A stretch of DNA of 62,915 bases, filler included, from Conidiobolus incongruus B7586 (Eukaryota): assembly GCA_000697335.1 (NCBI GenBank). It is 8 parts of 8 records of this genome, joined end to end, with 100 filler letters (N's around TTAATTAATTAA, not from the genome) between each part and the next. Parts side by side here need not be neighbours in the genome. Positions count along the whole stretch, not along the records: positions 25,395 to 39,703 come from JNEM01000090.1; 7 more parts are not named here. One strand, given 5' to 3'. A program made the translations under genes and the position numbers. A model generated the notes under the pieces. That model saw nothing but the letters and a program-made list of their open reading frames with translations. It searched no databases and was not told where the DNA came from. Of the stretch, positions 25,780 to 39,803 are shown one piece after another (position 1 is the stretch's first letter; each line of letters starts with the position of its first letter).

Positions 25780-26490
25780 TGTTGTTTTTGTTTTTATTAA
25801 TTATTATCTTTTAGCCTAATAAAATTAAATAGTTTAACTCCCAATAAGTTACTTAGTTTAATATTTAATATAATTATAATAGTGTTCATAATTATAATGT
25901 TAGTTAATTTATATATCATCAGATTATTTATAATAAGCTTAGTTATATTCAGCATCATAGTAATAGTTATATATAATTATATTGTTGGTATAACTAATAA
26001 AATTAAAAGTTAATAGAGTAAAATACTCTTATAATTAATTAAAGAGGATAACCGTAGTTAATTATATAAGGTACTATTTAAAGATTTTAAAAAAGCTTGT
26101 GATTTAAATCTTTAACTATCTTATAATATTATAGACTTATACAGATATAATATATTTTAGAGAAAGATAAGATTTTAAGATATATGTTATAATAATATAT
26201 ATATACCAGCTAAAGACAAGGGATATATATACTATCTTAAATATTTACCCTTAACTCTTAAGCAAGTCTAGAGGATTAGTGCTCTTAAGTTTAATCTGCC
26301 ACCTAGTATAACCACACATGTTTTTAAAAGACTTGCTAAAGATTTGACTTTTTATACCGTACCTAATATTTAATATATAATTTAATATTTCTATATTGAC
26401 TAATTTGTCTATAACACTTAAAAAGACTTTGTTTATTAATATATTAATTTGCCACACAGAAATTATATTAAGTTTGCCTCTATATTATAT
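25780..26490 (+). mobile_element. Heavily decayed coding relic, possibly a tyrosine recombinase of a mobile element
   Basis: One + frame read through several stops gives VLFKDFKKACDL...LPLTLKQV*RISALKFNLPPSITTHVFKRLAKDLTF; THVFKR (His codon at 26317) resembles the H-x-x-R box. Recognised by eye only. Confidence 0.25.
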
Positions 26491-29400
26491 TAATTTTACT
26501 ATCATTACTTTTATATTATGCTATTAAATCTAAAAAAATCAATTAATATTCATTATATTTAATATAATTATTTGTTAAAATTTTTTATAAAATCTATTTG
26601 TTTATATAACTAATTAATCTTGTTAGTAAAGATAATTGGTAAATGTATCCTAAATAAATGGATTTGGGATGAAAATTGACCTAAATAATATTATAATATG
26701 ATCAAAATAGAAATTTTAACCAGAATATTTTAATTGATCAAAAATATGTTGATTTTATTTAATTCCCCTTCTTCAATATTTAATTGAAAATTCTATATAT
26801 AAAATATAAATCTATTAAAAAAATTAGACAATTTATTATATAAAAGTATAAAATAATTAAATATTTATAATCTATCTAGGCTATTTGACATATTTACTAA
26901 TACAAAAGTATTGACTTTCTTACCAAGGAAAAAAATCAAAAAACATCTCTGAATATAGTTTCAAATTTCTAACTATTTTGATATTTTCATAATATTTAAA
27001 AGTGAGGGAGATTTAACTATATTATTAATATTCCTTATCATTTATTCATATAATTTGATAATATTATAAATTGTTTATACTATCAATAGTATTTAAAAAA
27101 TATTTAATAGTATATTTTCTATTGTAATTAAATGATCATTTCATTTTCTCTATCTAATAAATTGAATTATATTACTATTTCTAAATAAAAGTTATTAATT
27201 TTTTAATCTTCAAATATTAACAAAAGAATATTAAACTAGTTAAATATTTGAGTCGAAATCATAATATATTATCAGTAACAAGATATTGATTAATGTTACA
27301 CTACGATTAATTTGATTAAAGAACTCTAGATTTCAATTGAAATAAAATTACCTTATTGATGTTAAATTTTTCTAAAATTCAATATGACTAAGATTTATTT
27401 TTATCAGTTCAATTATTACAATATCATATTTTAATATCAATTGTATTAAATAAGATTAGATTTAAATATTTACTAATAAAATTGGAAAACTGTTATCATA
27501 ATAAAAAACATATTATTTTCAAAATTTCTTATTTTTTTATATAAATAATAAAAATTTGAGGTTGATAGAATTTAAAATAAGGATATTTTAATTTGAAATA
27601 TAAATTTTAAAATATTAATTGATTATTTAATTTTAATTCCTTAATATTAAATATATATTGAAATTTGATCAAATTTAAAAATAATATAAACACCATATTT
27701 TTGGGTGGAGGAAAATTATTTAGCTAAGTAGGTTGTTAAAAAATGATGTTAATATATTATAAAAATTGGGCAATAAAAAAATAGTATTCAAAGAAATTGG
27801 TATGATATTAATTTTAGATTTGGCTTATATCTTTAATTACCCCATTATATAATAGTTTAATATTTTGATAGGATTATATTTGCAAAATTTTATTAATTGA
27901 TAAGTTGTGAATAATTATTCTTTTTAAGTAAATTTTTATATACCTTGATTATGCTCAAACCAAAATAATATTTAGTTTAAATTAGTTAAAGTAATTTTGA
28001 TTGACTGTCTCAAAATTATCATCAAGGATAAAAAAATTCTAAATATTAAATTTTCCTCAAAATTAAAATTAATAGCTTTGTGGATATGATAAAATATCAT
28101 TCTAATAGATTTGATCGAATTAATGGACTATTATAAATATTCTATATGTTAATGATCCTATAGCCTAAATATATTTGGAAAATATAATATATTGAAATGC
28201 AAAGTCAAAGAAAATATTTTATTAATTTTGAAATGTTATATAAAGGTATTATTTCTGTAATCGTAATTTACAAACAATCTTATTTAAAATCAAAAATTGG
28301 AATAGGTTTATTGCTATTTAATATAACATATGGACATTTTATTATTATAATAAATATATATTTTTGATAATATTTTAAGAAAATGAGAGGTTAATATATT
28401 TTTGGGGTACTATTGCTTGTTATGTTTTTAAATATATTTTGCATGAATTATTTATTTCAAACTATTTGGTTTAAAATTTACATTAAACTTCACCATTACT
28501 GTAAATGAATTTGAATTTTTGAACTTGAATAAAGAATTGGGTGGAAATTAATAATTTGGTATTAAGTATTTGATTATAATTCATAAGATATATATTTGAG
28601 CAATATATTTGTATCAATGGATATTTAATATTATAGTAATACTTCAAACTTAGTATGTTAATATTTTCGATATGTTTTTAACAATCATTTGAAATTAACG
28701 CCAAATATAATTATTTGGAGTCCAAGTTTGATGATTGTAACATTATCCTCTTTATTAATTGAATCACTTGATTATTTATGATATATGATAGATAATACCC
28801 ATGGATTGGCAGAAAATCATCCATAGTGAATTTATTATATATTATGATTAATATATAATAAACTCTTTATGCAAGATAAAATCAAGTGAATTATAGCTTG
28901 GAATCAAAGTGATATTATATAAAAGTAAGGCAAATAGTTGAAAATATTGTGACTTTACAGATACTATAAACAAGGCATTTTACAGATATAAATCAAAAAT
29001 TTTCAAATTCAATAACAAATCAAGGATCAAAATGTATATGAGAAAAAATCAATATTATATAGGTAAATTTGTCATCAAAATTTCTTACATATTTTTGCAA
29101 GATATTTTGAGGGAAATATTATCATTATTAGAAATTGCATGATTCTCTATATTAACGATATTGACAATTGACAATTGATACTTGACAATGTTTTCACCAT
29201 TCACTTATTAAATAAATATACATAATTTCCAAATTCACATCATTTACTCTAATTTTGAAATCTGATAATAAATTCTGTTTTTAATATAAATTTGAATATT
29301 AAAAAATTTAATTTTTTGTTCAAATTTTAAATTAGAGAATTAGGTAAAGGAATAATTTAATTTATAATTAATGAAGATTATTTTAAAAAATATTATTCAA

Positions 29401-29516
29401 TAATAATTTATTATAGGTTTTTCAATTATTATTTAAAATTTAATATTCATTATTTATTTTTATTAAGTTTAAAAAATAATTAATTTTAAAATAAATTGAA
29501 TTAATTAATAAATTTA

Positions 29517-30350
29517 TTAATTAAATTTAGATAATTTTTGAATATTATAATAGATCATTTTCCTATTAAAATTTAATCGTCTATCAAATTTTTTTGAATG
29601 TTTATGCAATCCTAATTGCTCACTAAGTTTTAATAATTGAATTAATTCTATTTCAAATCCTTTTTATCCCTTAAAATTAGTCAGGTTAAACAAAGATTAG
29701 TTAAAGTTTGAAGTGTCTGGATATTCGGTGCCATTTGGAATACTTGGTGGTAAGTCCACAGATGCATCTTTTTCATTATTTCTGAGACAGAATTAATTCG
29801 ATTCTGGTAGCGATAATAGTATTCAACTAAGTAGATACTATTATTGAAAACCCAAAAATTTCTTCCCTGGTTGAAATCGATGAGACTGATTACTGGATAG
29901 TGAGGATAAACATAGTTTAAATATATTGTATAAAGTTGATTTAGGAACTCATTTGATATAAATGGGCTTGAATTATAATATGAAACTGGCTGTATTTCGT
30001 AGCATAAGGCCCCAGTGATTGTTGACTATCACCAGACTGTCCTAATAAAGGAGAACTAGAAATATTAGAAAATAAGATTGGAGTTTTGATATCTAGTGAT
30101 ATACAAGTTTGAATTCAATTTAAATTTAGAAAAATAATGATTTACCTGTTTGAAGTGTTCTTATACTGGGAAAATAACTACTATTATCATGCTTTTTTCT
30201 TCTCTGTTTTTTTTGGGTAAGTACACTTGAAATTAGTTCCTTGGCACCGTGGGCAACCTGATAATTTTCTATCACATTTTTTCTTTTCAATCGGCATCTA
30301 ACGCATGCTAATTTATTGAGTTTAGTAGAGTTATTATCTAATTCAGTCAT
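29517..30350 (-). pseudogene. Zn(II)2Cys6 transcription factor pseudogene, paralog of 34178-35020
   Basis: MTELDNNSTKLNKLACVRCRLKRK/KCDRKLSGCPRCQGTNFKCTYP needs a frameshift at an A-run (~30277). Intron 30145-30093. Later FISNEFLNQLYTIYLNYVYPHY...NFW...SIYLV...PNIQTLQTLTNL*LIL...SEQLGLH aligns with the paralog; in-frame TGA at 29683-29681 and about four frameshifts in total. Confidence 0.85.
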
Positions 30351-33300
30351 GAACTCATATATTTTGAATATTTAATAATTTTTTTATTTAAATTAGGACT
30401 ATTGATAAATTAATCTCTTTTATATGATCAATCTGTTACAATTTCAATTTATAATAGATAGTTATTATTCCTTTTAAGTGTGAAGGCTGAATTTTCAAGC
30501 ATTATATATTATACCTTAAAAATTTAAACAAAAATTGTCAGACTGGATTAATATTCGATTTATCAAATCAGAAAGATACTCTTGTAAAATCATTAAATTC
30601 AATTTGGAAATAAAGAGTATTTCGCTTGCTATTTTAGTATTTAAGTTTGATTTTTAATTGTTATATTTTGATATATTTGAAAAATAGTCATTCATTAAAT
30701 GACTGTAGTAGTTTGTCCAAAATTAGAAGTGGCGACTGTTTTGGAATCATAGAGAATTGCACTTAAAATTGATAAAAGCTCAAAATAATATTATACCGAC
30801 CGAAATTTTCTATCAATGCCATATTTCGCTAGAATTTTCTATTTATAAAATATAATCTATGATTACTTTTATATCTGATTAGCTCACTTGATCAACCATT
30901 TGACGCCTATATTTCTTTATAGAGCGTTATTATGAAAAACTCATTGTATTTAGTGAGAAATATTAGTATTTGCGCAAAGATGAAAATTCTGATCAAATTT
31001 TGGTGAAATCAAGTTTTAAATAAAATTATTCATGGATAAACAATTTTTTCTTAAAGGCACTTAAATATTTAGTTAAATATTAAATACTATATTATTTAAA
31101 ATTATTTTATTAATATATTATTATTTTCACTAAGACATTTTTTCATAATAATTTTAAATTAATAAACAAAAATTAAGTACAACAAATACTATATCAAAAA
31201 TGCTCAAGAAGGCCATTTCATATCTTCCCGAGTAGATTAAACTTAATATTTAAATATTTGTATTTAAAATAAATTAAGGTAAATATATTTATATAAAAAT
31301 TTGCAAGTTTTTTATATCAAACAAAAAAAACATATTCAAAAACAAAGTTGTTAACTTGAATATTCTGCGCATTTTAACTCCACGTTAATTTTCTTTTTGG
31401 ATTTGATTATAATGGATTAAATTATGTAATTAATACAGGTTTTTTATTCACAATTCATTAGTACAAGAATATTTTCCATAAATTTTTAAAATTGTATTAA
31501 TTAAAACTCATGTTATTATTTTTAATATTACTTATATATATATTTATCAATTAAAATTAATTTTAATATTTCCCTTAGAAAAAACTTTTCCTTTTGATTT
31601 AGTAAAAATACCAAGAAAATTAATAGTTCCCATTAGAAAAAACTCATATTATATATCCTTAAATAATATAAATTGTCAATTTAATATTTAATTCCAAATA
31701 TATGGTTCTTTGATATATATATATATTTGTAAGTTATTGAAGCCTTTCAAGTGAAAATGTGGCTATATAAGAGTAATCAAGTTATATTTATCAAGTTGTT
31801 ATTATATTTGTAAATCAACTTCATTCAAATTAACGAAATAAAATATAATATTCAACGTATTTTGAGTTTTTACTATGCTTTCTTTTCCCAATTGTTAAAT
31901 ACATTTAAAATTTATCTTTTAATTCAACTATTACTTATAGATATATATCTAGGTGTTTAGTATTATAATATTCTAAAATTATCAACATTGAAATATTATT
32001 TCATTCTATTTCTAATTGTAATGTACATGAGTAAATTGAATAAAGGTAAAATCACCAGGTGTCAAAATTGAGTGAAAATTTTATCTTTTATCTAATATGC
32101 TCTCAGTAGCTCATTAAAATATTTTACCAACGCTTATTTTTTATATTAAGGAATTTTGGTTGGATATATTGGATTTCAAGTAAAAGATAGAGTGTTAATA
32201 ATAAGTTACTAAACTTTACAATTATATAATTTTTAAAGATTATTGAGTGATGAAGGAATTTTTCAGAATTCATATTAAAAAAATCAGATTAATATAAGTC
32301 CTTTTTCAATAACTTTATATCAAAATCGAATCTAATCACAATTTGAAATTTTAATTATTAAATTGATAATCTTAATTCTTTTAACAGATAAGAAACAGTA
32401 ATTAAAAAATCACAAGATCAACTATAATTAAATGATAATCCAATAGATATTTTTGAAAATTGCTATTTTATTAAGTATTTGAAATGCAATTACCATAATT
32501 ATCATCTATTTGGCAATATAGGGTTTTCAAAATGACTATATCAAATGTTATTCAAATAATATAAAATACCATTAATGTATATTTTCTATTAATCATAAGA
32601 TTCAAGATTTAATTTGATATTAAGAATTGTTGAAAATTTTATTTAAAAAGAAAACCTCGTGGCAATAATTTTAATTTAAATATTAAACATTTTATTTTTC
32701 AATTATCAGAATTTACATTATATTTAAAATTTTTGAAAAATAATCTAATGCTTTCTACTTTATTTAAACTTAAATTATTTAAATATTAAAAATATGTATA
32801 ATGATAACAAATACCAGGATAATCTCATTATAAATCCACTTTCTCGGACATAAATTATATTTAATAATATTCGGCTCAGTAATTGTGAAGAATATTTCAA
32901 TGCAAATAATATTCTTGTAACTTGAAGATTTGAATTATTATTGCTATTAATAAAATTTTATATTTTTATTATAGATAAAGCTAGTATCAAACTTAATACA
33001 AATGTAATTTAATTAGAGAAATATCAATTGATTATATTTTTTCAAAATAGTAGTTATATAAGTTATAAATTATATAAACATTAATTTTTTCAAATATGTT
33101 TGAAAATAGATTCTTTTTAAAAAACAACTACGTATAATTCATTATTAAAATATGATAATTGTGGTAAGGACAATAGTAAATACTAGATTTTATTCAAAAG
33201 TATATTAAAGCTGAATTTTTTTATTTTTCCTTCTGAATTTGTTTATATAATGCTTAGGAGATAAATATAAATTGTAATTAATTTTATTTTTTTTCATATA

Positions 33301-34177
33301 CAACCTTTTATATTGAAATTATTATATACAATTTAATTTTTGGATCTAAGCTGTATGTTGATGGTGGAAAATTGCATAAAGAGGTTCAAAGTGGAATATA
33401 AGACAGAATATATAGTTCAACTGTTTATTGAGTAATGTATCTCTTTTGGACTTCCTCCCAAGAGCGAATGAGCTAGTTAATATTAGAGTTATAGTCACAG
33501 TATTTAGTGACAGCTCGCAATATGGAATCAGCATACATAATTGCAATGAATGTCATAATATTATAAATTGAAATGAAAAAATATAAGGTAAATGGCATGA
33601 TTACGATGTCAAGTATCTTCTGACAGTAAGTTACTTTACTAATTATCATTGACACTCAATTAATTATTCTTCGATATTGAATAAAAAAATTAATTGATAT
33701 CATTTTATATTATTCAATGATGATATTTACATTTTCTTAACGGAAAATGTATTCTTTACATTGTTTATAATTGTGGATAAAATAACTTGAGTATTCTAAA
33801 TAAATTAAAATCGACTTCAATTGTAAATAAAGTTCATTTATCAAAAATTTATTACCTATTTTAAAATAATAACAAAATTAAGCTCAATTCATTATATTAA
33901 ATAAATATTAATACGCAACAAATTACCAAATTTTGAATAATAATAAAAATGAGGATAATTTATAAACTAGTTTAAGGATATATATTATCTATTTTAGAGT
34001 TAAATTGAATAGAGAAACTAGTCAATAATTTTATATTGTAAATAAGGATTTATTAGATCTTTTAATTAAGTAATTACAGTTATCAACTCATTAATCAATA
34101 ATGAGGAAAATTTGGAAACCTTACCAAATTAAGTTATATAATTATATGAAATATTAGTAAAAGATTGGTCTAATAGA

Positions 34178-35020
34178 TCACCATTTAAAATGGTGTAATT
34201 TTTGAATATATCGATAAATTAAATTCCTCTTAGAATTCAATTTTGCATCCAACTTTTGAGAGCGTTGATGAAGCCCAAGCTGTTCACTAATCCTCATTAT
34301 TAATGCCAATTCGATCTCAAAGCCTTTTCGATCATTTAATATTAGACGAATTAAACTTAAATTAGTCAACGTTTGAAGTATTTTGATATTAGGTGACATT
34401 TGAAGCATTTGGCGACGCGTCCACAGGTACATACGATTCATCATTTCAGATGCTGTGTTGATTTGGTTTCCATAGTAGCAATAGTATCCTACTAAATAAA
34501 TACTTTGTGTAAATCCCCAAAAGTTTTTGTCTTGTGTAAAATCATCAATTGTGAATATCTGATAGTGAGGATATATCCTTTCCATAAAAATCGTTCTTAA
34601 ATGATTGAAAAATATCTCATTTGAAATAAATGAGTTCGTGTTTTGATAAGGAATATAGTCAGCATTGTTTGAATAGGATGGAGATGGAAATGGGTTGTAT
34701 GAGGTTGGGCTCATTTGGGGAGAGCTAGATGCATTAGAGGGTAATATAGGAGCCTTAATATCTAATATATGGTTAGTTTGAATGGCTGTCGAAATTGAAT
34801 AATTCAATTTACTGGCCCCAGGTAAGTTTTTATTAAATTCAGAATCAATGAACTCGCTCTTTCTCCTTCTCTTCTTTCGTTCGGGATAACAACATTTAAA
34901 AATAGTTGACTTACAGCGAGTACAACCGGGTAGTTTTCTGTCACACTTTTGTCTCTTTGATCTACATCTAGTACAAGCCAGCTTATTAACTGGGGTTGAA
35001 TTTGTATTAATCTCAGACAT
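34178..35020 (-). CDS. Zn(II)2Cys6 fungal transcription factor with partial fungal-TF middle domain; probable in-frame intron 34812-34762; 3' end uncertain
   Basis: ACTRCRSKRQKCDRKLPGCTRCKSTIFKCCYP is a Gal4-type cluster followed by basic RKKRRRK. IFMERIYPHYQIF and MRISEQLGLH resemble the fungal-specific TF domain. Confidence 0.85.
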   Translation of the reverse strand: MSEINTNSTPVNKLACTRCRSKRQKCDRKLPGCTRCKSTIFKCCYPERKKRRRKSEFIDSEFNKNLPGASKLNYSISTAIQTNHILDIKAPILPSNASSSPQMSPTSYNPFPSPSYSNNADYIPYQNTNSFISNEIFFNHLRTIFMERIYPHYQIFTIDDFTQDKNFWGFTQSIYLVGYYCYYGNQINTASEMMNRMYLWTRRQMLQMSPNIKILQTLTNLSLIRLILNDRKGFEIELALIMRISEQLGLHQRSQKLDAKLNSKRNLIYRYIQKLHHFKW

Positions 35021-38000
35021 TATTAATTAAAACCAAACCAAAATCCAGGAATAAACTTCTTTTATTATAATCAATGACAATTAGTCCTTTATATATTGAC
35101 ACAGCTTACTAAATTGACTAACTGAACCACTTATATCAGATTATATGTTGATCATTTCTCTTGTGCGCAAATTCGATGAGAAAAATTTTTAATTTGGATT
35201 AATTTTAAAACAGATAATGATTTAAAATTAATTGTAGGAATTGTCATATAGAGCCAATCTTGTTATATCTTCCTTTTACGATTTATCATACTATTACAAA
35301 TGAACCAATTATATTTTTTATTGTTACAATTATTATGCTATGATCTCTGAGAAATTTATCAAAATCTTGTTATACACTGGATTGGGCAATAGGTTGAATA
35401 AAAAAGGAAATTTCCTACGACGAGTATTTATAATTGTTAAACAAATGATTAAAATAGAAAAATGAATAATATTCCTTTTGAAATAAAATAAAAAAAACTG
35501 TTCAATTATTAGTATTATTTAGATATCATAATATCTATAAAAGGATAAATTAAATTATTTTATTTTGCATTGATTATATGTCATTCCAAATTTAATATAA
35601 TCATTTTAACAAAATTTTTCACAATATATATTTTTTACAAACAATCTCTTATATCTTAATATAAAATTCATCTTGGCCAATGACTATTTAAATCATTGAA
35701 ATTACTTTATAATTATAATTTTTCATGGAATATTATTAACATGATTTACCCTAACTAAATATATTTTATATTTACCAATTCCGCTATAAGAACTCATTAA
35801 ACCAAAATATTAAAAATAAAATTTATTCACACATTTAAGTTTTTAAATTCAAGATAATTTTACTATTATCAATTCGTCAAATGAATTATTTTGTACTCAT
35901 AATATACTATGTTTTATAATAATCAATTTTGATAATTGTTATTTTCAAAATTCAAACAAATATTCATAAAATAATCAACATGATATCCCCATCAGCAATG
36001 ATAGATGGTAATAATTATATTTGATAAATAGATTCAATAGAATCGAAGGCCTTTAATTTTAGCTCTACAATCTCTATTTATAAATTATTTTATTTTATCA
36101 AATTCTATTACATATCTGAAATATTATCAACTCAAAAACTAAAATACATATTAATTCAATTCATTGAATTTTTCTAAATTTATTTAATATTAATATTGGA
36201 ATATAATATTAATTTATGAATATTCATACAAAGATTCATTACCCTGAAATTTCTATATATCAACTTTAAATATTGTGTATTTTAGAAATTTTATATTTGT
36301 AATTAAAATTAAATCCCATTTGGTGTTTCAATAGAATTAATTATGATAAAAATATAATGCCGTTGGACCGATTTCATGGAATTAAAGAGATTCCTAAAAG
36401 TATATTTAGTTATTAGTATGAGAAGGCTTTTTACGATGGTAGATCACATACATGCTGTGACTTGTCATAATGCAATAGATGTCATAGCAAGTGTCTTTAG
36501 AGATGGTTATGATTTTTGATTTATCTTTAGACCCGGCACATAATCCTACAAATAGAAGTTTTTTTCAATTGAAGATTTGGAACGATATTGAGAGTTAAAT
36601 CAATATGATAAAGATAGCGAACGTGAATATGTAATTTATTTAATATGCATTTTGTATTTTATTCTATATAAAGTATCGATTTATAGATAATTGCAATTAT
36701 CCTTACCTTTTGAACATATCATCTTATTTATGATATTTTAAATAGAAAAACTTTTTTAAAAAAATACAGATGTGAACAATTATTATGAATCCTTGGCTTA
36801 TTATAATTGTATAACCAGTAATATTAATATTAATATCATTTAACTTCTAATTAGATCAATAATCACTTTTTATGCTAAGCAGTACTAATAGTATCAAGGA
36901 TTAATTTTTTTAATTTGTTACAGTAATAAATAAATTTTTTAAATTTTTTGAAGTATATATCAATTTATACCTAAATGGCAGTAAATATTATCAATCAATG
37001 TCAGAATGAACATATTGTGAAAATTGGGTTGTATCCATTGAATTAATATCAAACATTAATATATAAACTAAAATCATGATATAATATTAAGTTTAGTAAT
37101 TAATAAAGGAATTGCATAACTTTCCGAATTTGCAAACCAATTTATTTTGATAAACTATAAAATTAAATTATTTGTATTATTTTGATCAAATTTGAATTTT
37201 TCAATTAAAGAAATGAAATGTTTTATAAATCCCTGTATACCTAATATATTTACTCGAAAAATATTAAATGACTAAGGCTATAAATTTTTACTATATACCA
37301 TAGATCATTTAGTACAGTTAAAATAAAAATGGTAAAACTTATATTAACTAAATAAAAGAGGAAAATATTTGATATTTTTTTCAAATGTTATCAAATTTAT
37401 GTATATTTAAAATCTACCGATTATATATAAAATATTTAACATTGTATTTGATTCATATTAAATTTTTATAATTGGGGATACTGAAAAATAAATTAGATTA
37501 CCATACTTCAATTTATGCTAGAGTAATATAACATTATTGTTATTTCATTATCTTTAATCGAAGTTGTTATCAAATCATAAGTTTATCTATAACCTTAAAT
37601 TGATTGCAATCAAATTATTCATTTATTTATCTGCTCATTCAAACAGATAAAAATAAAAGCTTTTTAAAATCTTTTAATAAAATATTTAATACCTTAATCT
37701 ACAAATATTTTTTGCTAGTTCTTAATTTTATTTTTTTTTAAAATAGTTATCAAAAATTTTAATACTTGAATTTTTAGTAACAATCCCTTTATAATTGAAT
37801 GTTTTTCTATTTTATGATTCATTCAATATTAACTGAGTATATTATTCAAAATTGCAATTATAATTGAATAAAGATTTGATTTTGATTATTATAAAACTTG
37901 CTATTAAATAAACTATTAGAATTACTTTATAATTTTAAATATTTGTTAACATACAATGTATACATATTAAACGCTATATATAAAATTTTTAAATTAAATT

Positions 38001-39703
38001 AACATTCGACATAATTATTAATAGTTTTTTATGATATATATATATATATAATATACCAATGAAATATTAATAACATATGTAGTTGCTATTTATTTAATAG
38101 GCTTTTGAATTTAATAACTTAAATAAATAACTTTAATATCTTGATAAATTTATATTATAAATAAATATATAGATCATTAGTTTGTAGCCATATTTTTTAT
38201 AAATGTTATTTTATTATTTATTCAGTTTTGAACGAACAAGTATGGATAATTTTATATTTCAATTAGCCAAAAAATAATAGTAAGTTATAATCTTTCATCA
38301 TATATTATAATTATAATGATTAATATATAATATCTAACATCTAATGTATTTTAATATAATAGTATAACTAATATCAAAACAATATATAAATTAATTTAAA
38401 ATTCATAAATAAATACTAATAATCAAATCGAATTACAAAGCCTTTAACGATAATTCATAATTGATATCTAAATGATTAGAAAAATGATATTATAATTTTT
38501 TGATTTTGGAAATTATACCAAATCACCCATTGGTTAACTTGATATAAGTCCAAAATTAATCCAATATCAATTTATAATATTATTAAGTTATTGATATGTG
38601 TTTCATTAATATAAATAACAATAAAATAGTATAATTTATATCTAAAAATTACTTTAAATATCATTTTAATTATATTAAAATTTAACAAGCTATTTAAATA
38701 TTAAGTATTCAACAAGTAATACAAGTTAATACGATAAAAAACATACTAATATATTTTATAATAATATCTTTATCTATCTATTATATAAAGTATTTATAAT
38801 TCAAGTTGACTAATTTTTAAATCTATTCAGAATCTTAATCCTATATTGAGAATCACTGATTTTAATAAATATATTTTTTAATTAAATTGATAAATATTGA
38901 ATATAATAAATTAATTTATTATATAACTAATTTTAATAATATTAATATTAATTTCAAGTTAAATTGAGATTAGATAAATTATATTTATTTTTTAATTTGA
39001 GTATATTCAATTTAATTATATTAACTATAATTTTATATTAAATTAAAAATTTGATATATGAAATAGATATTTGAGGTGAACGAGATTTTACCAATGATAT
39101 AAAATTAATATTTAATATTATTGAAAAGTTAATGTTGATTTAATAGAACGTTATAACTTTAAGTTTTTTATATAATATAATATAATAATTTATATTTAAT
39201 ATTAATTGGAAATTTTGTTCTATAATTATCATTTTAGTTTATCATCTTTAATAATACATAATAATTTGATCCAAAGCATAATTATTTAATCATTAAATTA
39301 TATATTGAGAAAATTGTGATTTATAAGTAAACTTAAACAATCAGTTTTAACATCTAATAATTTAAACAGCTAATTTATTCAATAACATTGTTTTTTATTA
39401 TTATAGGATTAATAATTAAAATATTCAATCAAGTCATACAGGTTTCATAAAATATGAAAGAATTGAATAATTATATATATAGTATCAAAATTTATTATAT
39501 ATTAAAAAGTAGATTATAATAAAAAAATTATTTCAGAAGGTAGAAAAATAAAATAAATTTTAAAGTGTTAATATTATACCAAAGTTAGGCTGATCTTTTT
39601 TATGGTTAAAATTAACATTTTAATAAATATTAATATATACTGATTTAATATTTATTTGAATCAATATATCTTAAATTCATTATAAATAGAGTAGAATTAT
39701 ATA

Positions 39704-39803
39704 NNNNNNNNNNNNNNNNNNNNNNNNNNNNNNNNNNNNNNNNNNNNTTAATTAATTAANNNNNNNNNNNNNNNNNNNNNNNNNNNNNNNNNNNNNNNNN
39801 NNN
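39704..39803. other. Artificial assembly spacer
   Basis: 44N-TTAATTAATTAA-44N. Confidence 0.97.
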
